Origin: an uncultured virus (IMG/VR IMGVR_UViG_3300044609_001498)
Taxonomy: Duplodnaviria > Heunggongvirae > Uroviricota > Caudoviricetes
Virus record (IMG/VR): IMGVR_UViG_3300044609_001498
Reading direction: 5' to 3' (one strand)
Length of the DNA: 20,000 bases
The notes under the pieces were generated by a model. It was not told the origin of the DNA and made no database searches. It was given only the letters and a program-made list of their open reading frames with translations. Position 1 is the stretch's first letter; the number at the start of each line of letters is the position of its first letter. A program made the translations under genes and the position numbers. Shown one piece after another: positions 1 to 7,373 of the stretch.

Positions 1-439
1 CATTCATATCATCTCGAGTAAATTGTTTCACTCGGTTTACAATACCCGGATCAAGTTCTTCAATTTCCTTTCCCCACATTTTCTTTGTGTAAGGTTTAAA
101 GAAAATATCCAAAATGTTTTCTTCACCAACAATCTCTTTTGTTTCTTTATTCACTGGGAGTGTGACATATCTACCATCTTCCAACTGAGCTTTTACTTTA
201 TGAAAGTAAGGAACCCATTCTGTAAATCTACTTAGATATTTAAAGATCTTTTCATTTCGAGTATGAAAGAGATGTGGTCCATATTTATGAACTCTTATTC
301 CATGTTCATTCGTATAATCAAATGCGTTTCCTGCAATGTGATCTCTTTTATCGATAACTGTAACTTTACATCCAGTTTCTGCTAAATGTCTTGAAACTAC
401 TGCTCCGCTTAATCCTGCGCCTACTACTAATATTTTCAT
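1..439 (-). CDS. glf: UDP-galactopyranose mutase (N-terminal part; runs off the left edge)
   Basis: Not in the ORF track; translated by hand from the ATG at 439, which overlaps the thioesterase stop (ATGA): MKILVVGAGLSGAVVSRHLAETGCKVTVIDKRDHIAGNAFDYTNEHGIRVHKYGPHLFHT...FFKPYTKKMWG. Shows the FAD-binding GAGxSG motif and the Glf signatures HIAGN, HKYGPHLFHT and YTxKxWG. The frame is open to position 2. Confidence 0.93.
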   Translation of the reverse strand, partial: MKILVVGAGLSGAVVSRHLAETGCKVTVIDKRDHIAGNAFDYTNEHGIRVHKYGPHLFHTRNEKIFKYLSRFTEWVPYFHKVKAQLEDGRYVTLPVNKETKEIVGEENILDIFFKPYTKKMWGKEIEELDPGIVNRVKQFTRDDMN

Positions 440-855
440 TTTTCTTCTATATTTGTTTTTGAATCGATCATTTTTTGTACCCGAGTTCTGCCTTTTTCTG
501 CAATTGGAATTGGATTTCCTTCTTCATCAATATGTACAAATTTGATATGAGTTTTTAAGACAAGAGTCTGTCTGCCAGTGTAAACATTATGAGCTCTTGC
601 CTCTAGGTACATCGTGACTGAAGTGTTGCCTAATTCACTTGGCTCTCCGTAAATTTTTAAAAGCTGACTTTCTCTTGCTGGCTTTTCAAAAATACATTTA
701 TCAATTGATACAGTAACCATTCTAGGGGTGTCACATAATTGCATGGAATACCCAGCAGCAGCTGCATCGATCCAGGCGAGCAATTTCCCTCCGAAAAGGT
801 TGCCATGAAAGCCTAAATCTGATTTTTTAATTGGGTGGGTGTTGAGTAATTCCAT
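436..855 (-). CDS. Hotdog-fold acyl-CoA thioesterase (YciA-like)
   Basis: DLGFHGNLFGGKLLAWIDAAA motif, followed by VTVS..C.F..P and FVHIDEEGNPIP, typical of YciA-type thioesterases. Confidence 0.85.
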   Translation of the reverse strand: MELLNTHPIKKSDLGFHGNLFGGKLLAWIDAAAAGYSMQLCDTPRMVTVSIDKCIFEKPARESQLLKIYGEPSELGNTSVTMYLEARAHNVYTGRQTLVLKTHIKFVHIDEEGNPIPIAEKGRTRVQKMIDSKTNIEEK

Positions 856-1967
856 TAAAATAAAGCTATATTTTTGGAAGGTGGTTTAGGTTTATCAGAA
901 TCTGCAAATGAAATTCCCTTAATCTGATCTTGATACCATTCTAGATCTTGAATATTTTTCCAGTCTTGAGTATTCCAGATTTTATTTAGCAAGGATTCAT
1001 AATCAGTATTTTCAATCTTTTCTTTTACGGTATCAGTATTCACCAAAAGATCTTCACTTATGATTTTTGTTATTTCTGGATGTTGCTCAAAAGCCTGTTC
1101 CCATTTACATGTATCTAAAATAAAGGGAATGCAAGCTTTTGTAATAGCATCCCAAAATCGAATACTACTAAAATCAGTATCTTCATACGAAGGAATCACA
1201 AGAGTAAATTCACTCTCTTTAAGCATTTCTGCATAATCGGCTCTTTTTACCGTGGTATCAATTCCTATCTTCGGAAATTTAACCAGAAAATTGACATTTT
1301 TAATATCTGCTAATTGATAATAAAGAGGTTCCCGGTCTTCAGTAACTACTGTAAATCCAAATGCAAATTTCTTTTTCTTTGAATATTTTTTAATCTGCTT
1401 TGAAAAACTCCATTCTACAAAAGGTAGATACTTTGCATCTATTCTTGAGTTCTCATAGAAGAAATATTTTTCTTCAATGCATCCTGTCATTCTATTCCAA
1501 GATGCTTCTTGGGGATCTACATAAACATGAACGACTGGAATTTTCTTTGAAAGATAATAAGGAATGTGATTAACTTCAAAGAAATTTTTCACTGATACAA
1601 AAGTAGGTAGACTATCAGATTCTACTATACCGTTAAAAAAGGAAGTTCCCTTTTCTTCAGCTCCATTTTTAAAGTTTTGCTTTATATCATTATGAATAGT
1701 AATTATCTGAGTTAGATTTTTACTCTTAATTAAATCATCCAAATACTTTTCACGTTCAGAGATACTTTCAATTGTAAAATATTCATCAAGATCAAAAGAT
1801 TCTATTGCTGGAAAATTTTCTTCTCCGAATCTTTTTTTAACTTTATCTGGATTTTTACTCAACCACAAAAATCTATTTTGAGGAAAAAGCTCAAGCCATT
1901 TTAAAAAATGATAGGGTTCATATTCTACTCTTGCAAAAGATGGTCGAGTTCTAATTATTCCAATCAT
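855..1967 (-). CDS. Putative GT-B glycosyltransferase (second transferase of the DNA-modification cluster)
   Basis: C-terminal nucleotide-sugar-binding pattern DYAEMLKESEFTLVIPSY...SIRFWDAITKACIPFI, resembling GT-B families. VVHVYVDP resembles the strand-Asp motif of BGT-like enzymes. Coupled to the BGT-like gene by TAATG. Confidence 0.72.
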   Translation of the reverse strand: MIGIIRTRPSFARVEYEPYHFLKWLELFPQNRFLWLSKNPDKVKKRFGEENFPAIESFDLDEYFTIESISEREKYLDDLIKSKNLTQIITIHNDIKQNFKNGAEEKGTSFFNGIVESDSLPTFVSVKNFFEVNHIPYYLSKKIPVVHVYVDPQEASWNRMTGCIEEKYFFYENSRIDAKYLPFVEWSFSKQIKKYSKKKKFAFGFTVVTEDREPLYYQLADIKNVNFLVKFPKIGIDTTVKRADYAEMLKESEFTLVIPSYEDTDFSSIRFWDAITKACIPFILDTCKWEQAFEQHPEITKIISEDLLVNTDTVKEKIENTDYESLLNKIWNTQDWKNIQDLEWYQDQIKGISFADSDKPKPPSKNIALF

Positions 1968-3121
1968 TAGAATAGTGCAATTACTTTAGGCTTTTCTTTT
2001 GGAATTTCTGTAGCTTGTACACTTTCAAATTCTCCAGTTTCTTCAGGTTCATTTCCGAAGATATGTACTACTTGAGTTTTGTAAAGTTCTTTCATATCCC
2101 ACTTTTCAACAAGCTTTTGTAATTGATCTTCAGTTGAGAAATAACAATCGATATCACCAAAAACTTTCTTTTGTTTGTCGGTTTCAGTCCATACAAAAAC
2201 AGGAAGACCTTTTAATAGAGGTTCGTAAAAAGTAGCTCCTAGATATGAAGACTGCTTTCCCTTTCCGATATAAATAGTCCAATCGAATTTTTTCAAGAAT
2301 GCAGGTAATTCAAAATTCTGAATGTATTTTCCATCGCCTGCAATATTTTCTTTTAATTCATCTGAACGAGATCCAGCAAAAGTAATCTCTACATTTCCAT
2401 TGAAAAGTTTGTTACAAACTGAAATTCTTTCTGCTGTAAACAGAGGAACATAAACTCCCTTCTTTTCATAACTATTTTTATATTTCATTCCCGAGGTAGG
2501 AAGATCATATAAAATAATATCTGATAGATAAGAAACTTCAATTCTATCGGTTAGAGTGTCTTTTACATGTACATCAGCCCAGTCTGTGATTTTATTTTCA
2601 TTCATGAGCAGAGTAACATTTTCCCAATTTTCGCTTCTTGGAACTCTTTCTAAAATTTGAGGATTATTTTTCAAGAAGTTTTCATTTGTTGATCTTGATT
2701 CTAACCAATCCCTAATATCATAGAAACCAGAGAATAATTCATCATTGTAGAAAACTGTTGCCTTTTTCGTCCATTTCCCTAGAATTTGAGCAAAATGAAT
2801 ACAGCATTCTCGAACTACTCCACCAAATGCATTATAATTTTCATGATGGATAAAGAGCATTTCTGCATCTACTACTTGATCGAGAGTTTCTTCTACTAAC
2901 TCAAATTGAGTTCCGTTGTAAAGATTAGAGAAATATTCCAGATTATTCTTTCCGATTCCTCCTTTAGTATTACATCTAATATAAAATTTAGCTTCTGGCC
3001 AAAGCCTGATAGGTAAAGTTACATCTTTAGCTGGTTTTGTTTTCTTCGGATACTTGCCAAAATAGTACACATATACCGATTTCACGGAAGTGTCTGGCTT
3101 TTCAAATTTCGTAACGTTCAT
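1967..3121 (-). CDS. T4 DNA beta-glucosyltransferase (BGT)-like DNA glycosyltransferase
   Basis: MLFIHHENYNAFGG...ILGKWTKKATVFYND aligns by eye with T4 BGT LIVVNSSINFFGG...FMAKYKSKIYYLFTD(100). C-terminal IYIGK..SSYLGATFYEPLLKGLPVFVWTETD..KVF...CYF parallels BGT LIIGD..NFITLRVWETMASDAVMLIDEEFD..RII...FYV (BGT sequence recalled from memory). Confidence 0.72.
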   Translation of the reverse strand: MNVTKFEKPDTSVKSVYVYYFGKYPKKTKPAKDVTLPIRLWPEAKFYIRCNTKGGIGKNNLEYFSNLYNGTQFELVEETLDQVVDAEMLFIHHENYNAFGGVVRECCIHFAQILGKWTKKATVFYNDELFSGFYDIRDWLESRSTNENFLKNNPQILERVPRSENWENVTLLMNENKITDWADVHVKDTLTDRIEVSYLSDIILYDLPTSGMKYKNSYEKKGVYVPLFTAERISVCNKLFNGNVEITFAGSRSDELKENIAGDGKYIQNFELPAFLKKFDWTIYIGKGKQSSYLGATFYEPLLKGLPVFVWTETDKQKKVFGDIDCYFSTEDQLQKLVEKWDMKELYKTQVVHIFGNEPEETGEFESVQATEIPKEKPKVIALF

Positions 3122-3148
3122 ATTAAATTATAATCTTTTTTATTGATA

Positions 3149-4021
3149 TCAGAAAATGTTCTGATAAATCCATTTAAAAATTTCACCTGTTGCTTCTACA
3201 TCAGATTCGCCTTTTTCAATTTTATCAATCATTTCCAATACTTTTTCGTTGGGTTTCCCTGATCTATATATCAGGGTCTGATCGATTTTTGGTAAATCTT
3301 TTGCAATAAAATTGTCATCTTTTAACATTTCTTCAACCAGTTGAAAATGTCTTTCATAAATATGAAGAGAATGCGCAAAATGTGTATATGTACCGAGTTC
3401 TAAATCTGGATATGTAGACTTTAAAAGTTCTAACATTTGGATCTGCAAAACACAGAAGAAAGGAATATCTGTAGGAGTTCCTAAGATGGCATCATTACTT
3501 CGCATGTTCACAGTAAAATTCAATTTATTTTCTCTGATCTGAAAAATTCCAGTTAGAGTACAAACAAAATCTTTATTTCCACGTCTTTGGTGTTCAGGCA
3601 TATTAAAATGCATAATTGCCTGACGAGTATCTTTATCTTCGACTAATGAATTATAAGCCCATTCCCACTGTGAAATGTTATGCTCATTCTTTTTTGTGAA
3701 AATTAAATTTCCATAAGCAGAATTTAAAGTTCCATCTTCATTTGCAACATGTTGCCAGAACTTTGCGAATCTTTCGATAAAACTTAAATCATTTCTACCA
3801 GCAAAGTACCATAAAAACTCTGCAGCAATATATTTTTCTTGAGTAGATCTTCTCTCATTTTCATACATTGCAAAGACAGGATTTTCAATTACTAGAGCAC
3901 AGTCTGTAATTTCTCTTATTTCCATTCCCCTAGGCGAACATGTATATTCAGGAGAATTTAAAAGATCGTTCAGAAGATCTCTGTATACAGATGCGAAAGA
4001 ATTACCCTGGTATATTTTCAT
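3149..4021 (-). CDS. Thymidylate-synthase-family dCMP hydroxymethylase (T4 gp42-like)
   Basis: AEFLWY, FWQHVANEDGTLNSAYG, DTRQA, catalytic Cys in DFVCT, MRSNDAILGTPTD and HSLHIYERH. It has Asp where dUMP-specific thymidylate synthases have Asn (G-x-P-F-N). Confidence 0.85.
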   Translation of the reverse strand: MKIYQGNSFASVYRDLLNDLLNSPEYTCSPRGMEIREITDCALVIENPVFAMYENERRSTQEKYIAAEFLWYFAGRNDLSFIERFAKFWQHVANEDGTLNSAYGNLIFTKKNEHNISQWEWAYNSLVEDKDTRQAIMHFNMPEHQRRGNKDFVCTLTGIFQIRENKLNFTVNMRSNDAILGTPTDIPFFCVLQIQMLELLKSTYPDLELGTYTHFAHSLHIYERHFQLVEEMLKDDNFIAKDLPKIDQTLIYRSGKPNEKVLEMIDKIEKGESDVEATGEIFKWIYQNIF

Positions 4022-4571
4022 TTTCTGAATCTAAAATAAAGTCTTTAATAATTTGTGCAATTTCTGTTGGGCTATCTACTCCACAGTCGATCAAGATTTT
4101 ATTTTGAATTTTGCTTTCAAAATAAGCTCTTTCAAACATTTGTTTTTCTTTAGCAATATCTTCTTCGCCTTTGCTTAAAGAATCTCCATCTTCTCTACTG
4201 ATTAAGATAGAAGGTTCATTTACCAAAACTACAAGATAAAGATTAGATTTTAGATCTTCGATATATTCTTCTTCAATCTTAAAAACATAATCACCTAAAT
4301 AATTTCTATATAGAGGAGCATATACAGATTCTCCGAGATGAGATCGATTGAAGATAAAATTTCTATTTTCACCTTTATTCTCTATCATCACATTGAACAT
4401 ATCTCTATACATTCTTTCACTATATTCTCTGTTTTGTTCTGGAGTTTCTAGTGGGATTTTGCTATAATGGAAGACATGAAAAGTCTCATCCGAAAAAGAC
4501 TTTTGTACTAATCCAACTTGAGTGTCTTTACCACAACGATCTAGACCTTCAAAGATAATATATTTTTGCAT
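4002..4571 (-). CDS. tmk: Thymidylate-kinase-family dNMP kinase (likely acts on the modified dCMP)
   Basis: P-loop IIFEGLDRCGKDTQ and FIFNRSHLGESVYAPLYR (variant of the DR motif). Overlaps the gp42-like gene. Confidence 0.82.
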   Translation of the reverse strand: MQKYIIFEGLDRCGKDTQVGLVQKSFSDETFHVFHYSKIPLETPEQNREYSERMYRDMFNVMIENKGENRNFIFNRSHLGESVYAPLYRNYLGDYVFKIEEEYIEDLKSNLYLVVLVNEPSILISREDGDSLSKGEEDIAKEKQMFERAYFESKIQNKILIDCGVDSPTEIAQIIKDFILDSENENIPG

Positions 4572-4576
4572 ATTTG

Positions 4577-4602
4577 TTATATCAGTTTTTTTACAATTGT
4601 TT
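4577..4602 (-). promoter_or_regulatory. Candidate phage promoter AAAC-N16-ATATAA upstream of the modification cluster
   Basis: Minus strand reads AAAC-AATTGTAAAAAAACTG-ATATAA just before the ATG at 4571. The same motif and spacing occur at 10695-10720. Confidence 0.45.
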
Positions 4603-4989
4603 TTACTTTAGTTTTATTCTTTGATGTAGAGTGTACACTCCTTCGAAAACTCCAAAGTAGTAATACCAATCAGATTTGTTCCAATCTAAAGATTGAATCT
4701 TTCTGATATCTTTGATTACGAAGGGTGGGAGAATTTCAGTAGAAGAATAAGCTTTAACTTCTATAATCTGTTTCTTTTGATTATAGAGATCATGATATTT
4801 AAGATCGCAGAATTTATATTTTCCAGTTTCGACTAAGTAAAGTTCTGCAACCTTACCCTGCAAAACTGAAGCTCTTAATTCATCATAGCTTCTGCCTCTT
4901 CTGCCCGGTCTTTTGAATATTTGATCGGTTTCTTCATCTACTATTCTATTTAGTAGATCTTTGTCTTTGATATTTTCTATTGTGAACAC
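4603..4989 (-). CDS. Putative small PD-(D/E)xK-fold nuclease
   Basis: QGKVAELYL helix followed by HDLY...IIEVKAY, giving an E...D...ExK pattern. The GTG start overlaps the guanylate kinase TAG stop. Confidence 0.5.
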   Translation of the reverse strand: MFTIENIKDKDLLNRIVDEETDQIFKRPGRRGRSYDELRASVLQGKVAELYLVETGKYKFCDLKYHDLYNQKKQIIEVKAYSSTEILPPFVIKDIRKIQSLDWNKSDWYYYFGVFEGVYTLHQRIKLK

Positions 4990-5474
4990 TAAAAATCTGA
5001 GTTTTTAATCACAATATCAAAGTTATTAAAGTTTTTAAAGTCTTCGCTATCAGCTTGTACTCTTCTCCAAACTGAATCTCCTGGCATATTTCGGGCATCT
5101 AGTCTTCTGATTCTCGTAAGTCTATCAATATCCAAATAAATTACCAAGCTTGATTCTCTGTCTTCACCCTTTACATGAGAAAGACCTACTGGAGTCATAA
5201 TAAAGACCATTGGCTTTTCTGAATAGAATTGCTCTTTCGTGGTTCCATATCTCCAACCATTGAATTCAACCCACTCATACCATAGATCATTTTTCTGCAT
5301 CTCTGTGAACTCTTCATCACTTAGAAAATAGTAATCTTTACCATCTACTTCTCCTTCACGAGGAGGCCTCGTAGTATATGAAATCGCATACTCGAAGCCT
5401 CTCCTTTGGAATTTTTTTCTGATGTGGTCCTTACCGCTCCCGGCCTTACCCACTAATATTATCCTGTTGCTCAT
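4989..5474 (-). CDS. gmk: Guanylate kinase
   Basis: GKAGSGK P-loop and the signature ISYTTRPPREGEVDGKDYYF...YGT. Confidence 0.92.
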   Translation of the reverse strand: MSNRIILVGKAGSGKDHIRKKFQRRGFEYAISYTTRPPREGEVDGKDYYFLSDEEFTEMQKNDLWYEWVEFNGWRYGTTKEQFYSEKPMVFIMTPVGLSHVKGEDRESSLVIYLDIDRLTRIRRLDARNMPGDSVWRRVQADSEDFKNFNNFDIVIKNSDF

Positions 5475-5664
5475 TATTTTCTTCTATGAAATTTTTCATC
5501 AAGGTTTCGATACAGCTTTCAGCTTCATTTAATTTTTTAACTGCATCTATTATCGCGGATTTATCGTACTCATTAGTTCTGAGAAAATATACAGAAAGCT
5601 CTGCTAACGCTTCTTTTCTCTGAGTTTCTAGTGCAGATAATGTAGCTTCAAATACTAGGTTCAT
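5446..5664 (-). CDS. Hypothetical small helical protein
   Basis: 72-aa ORF coupled by ATGA to the upstream gene, amphipathic helical composition, no family recognised. Confidence 0.6.
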   Translation of the reverse strand: MNLVFEATLSALETQRKEALAELSVYFLRTNEYDKSAIIDAVKKLNEAESCIETLMKNFIEENNEQQDNISG

Positions 5665-6119
5665 ACTGTATGTTCTATTTGTACTCTAACACAATCTTGT
5701 GGTTGAGCTTCATTCATTAAAAAATTATTTACATATCCCATGATATTAGCAGAACCAATCGGATTAGCAGAATGAGTGTAAATCCGAGGGAATAATATTC
5801 CGGAGTTTCTTTTTTCATTTCTAGAAACTTCTTTATCATATTTTTCATAATAATAATCAACTAACCATTTTGCACAATCATATCCTGTCTTTTCTTCTAT
5901 AAGATTATTATAGTCAAGTTTGTAATTAGGTGAAACATTGTTAAAATATTCTGACATTGCTATAGGACCTAGATCATGATCTAAGGATATTGTTTCAATA
6001 TTTTCTAGTCCAGTTTTAGAAACTAGATCTACAAATTCCTCATAATTTCGGACTACTTTCCAGTTCGGATCCTTCGGAGTCCTCACGTCGTCCAGGTAAA
6101 TATACAGCTTCGAATTCAT
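5661..6119 (-). CDS. Cyclic-phosphate-processing receiver-like domain protein
   Basis: LYIYLDDVRTP, ISLDHDLG, TGYDCAKWL and HSANPIG are motifs characteristic of this widespread phage family. Confidence 0.8.
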   Translation of the reverse strand: MNSKLYIYLDDVRTPKDPNWKVVRNYEEFVDLVSKTGLENIETISLDHDLGPIAMSEYFNNVSPNYKLDYNNLIEEKTGYDCAKWLVDYYYEKYDKEVSRNEKRNSGILFPRIYTHSANPIGSANIMGYVNNFLMNEAQPQDCVRVQIEHTV

Positions 6120-6303
6120 ATTTTTTCTTTATATTTTCATTTAAAAACTTTCCCATAGATTCAGAAGTTTTTAACTCTTCAAAAACTTCTTCGGGTACAT
6201 CTTTATAGTGATAAATTCCACCAGACTTAAACTCTACAATAAGCTTTCTATCTGGATAACTATATCCTATCTTTTTAATTGTGCTTGATTCTACTTCTAT
6301 CAT
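6040..6303 (-). CDS. KTSC domain protein
   Basis: VESSTIKKIGY...LIVEFKSGGIYHYKDVPEEVFEEL..SESMGKFLNENIK matches the KTSC consensus. Confidence 0.9.
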   Translation of the reverse strand: MIEVESSTIKKIGYSYPDRKLIVEFKSGGIYHYKDVPEEVFEELKTSESMGKFLNENIKKKYEFEAVYLPGRREDSEGSELESSPKL

Positions 6304-7373
6304 AGTAAATGTGGTTTTGCTTCTGCTGCTCCAGCGTTTGTAACTTGTACAAATTCTGGATTATAAGTTTTTAAAGATTCTGAACCTGCATAAGAAAGTG
6401 CAGATTTAACTCCATCAATAAGTCCGTTCAAAATAAATTTAACACCACCCTTATACGGAACAACCGTAGATTCTCCTTCTACGTTTCGTTGAGCTTGACC
6501 GTGAACCGTTTTTGTTTCTAATGAAGCTGCTCCTCTATATCTCTTGTATAAACCATTAGGCTTTTCGATAATTTGCCCGGGTGCTTCATCAGTACCAGAC
6601 AATAACGAACCTAACATTACCGAAGATGCACCGACTGCTAATGCTTTGGCAATATCTCCGCTGCTTCTGATTCCCCCATCTGCCATAATTGGAGTTTTAG
6701 CAACTGCTTCAATTTCCATAATTGAAGTTACGTTTGGAATACCAAATCCGGTCTTAACTCGAGTAGTACAGAGAGATCCTCCCCCTATACCTACTCTGAG
6801 ACCGTCTGCTCCTGCTTCTTCTAAATCAATTGCAGCTTGAGCAGTTGCAATATTACCTGCAATAATGTCTACATGCTGAGGTAGAGCTTCTTTTAATATT
6901 TTTATCATGTCAATCACATTTTGATGATGACCGTGTGCAACATCTATTAAAATAATATTTGCTCCTGCTTCTACTAATTTCTTAGCTCTTTCTACGTCAG
7001 AAGCCATCACTCCAATTGCAGCCATAATTGGGATGTGTGGAATTTCTGAGTGCCAATCATCCAACATAATTCCCCAATCCTCATAAGGTCCTCCAAAACC
7101 GTCGCCATAGATTCTACCGTTCAAACTACGAACTATTTTTATCTGATCTTCAACCGACATGAATCGATGAATGCATCCTACACCTCCCATTAAGAACATC
7201 TTGAATGCCATTTCTTCTTCACAAACCGTGTCCATCGGAGAAGCTACGAAAGGATTCAAAATACCGTATCTTCTAGACACTAGAGTACGCAATTTTATTT
7301 TTTGTCTAGATGCAACTGTAGATAGTGCAGGTACTAACTGAATGTCATCGTAGGTTAAAGCAAGTTTGCTCAT
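6300..7373 (-). CDS. IMP dehydrogenase/GMP reductase family protein (no CBS domain)
   Basis: LTYDDIQLVP, ASPMDTV, GCIHRF, IDVAHGH, AGNIAT, catalytic loop VGIGGGSLCTTR and ADGGIR..GDIAKALA.GA..VMLG. Confidence 0.93.
   Translation of the reverse strand: MSKLALTYDDIQLVPALSTVASRQKIKLRTLVSRRYGILNPFVASPMDTVCEEEMAFKMFLMGGVGCIHRFMSVEDQIKIVRSLNGRIYGDGFGGPYEDWGIMLDDWHSEIPHIPIMAAIGVMASDVERAKKLVEAGANIILIDVAHGHHQNVIDMIKILKEALPQHVDIIAGNIATAQAAIDLEEAGADGLRVGIGGGSLCTTRVKTGFGIPNVTSIMEIEAVAKTPIMADGGIRSSGDIAKALAVGASSVMLGSLLSGTDEAPGQIIEKPNGLYKRYRGAASLETKTVHGQAQRNVEGESTVVPYKGGVKFILNGLIDGVKSALSYAGSESLKTYNPEFVQVTNAGAAEAKPHLL

Noticed and set aside
23..235. Plus-strand 70-aa ORF
   Set aside because: Antisense shadow of the glf gene, which has strong motifs on the minus strand.
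3149..4021. Calling the gene a canonical thyA
   Set aside because: Asp at the specificity position, gp42-like motifs and adjacent DNA glycosyltransferase-like genes.
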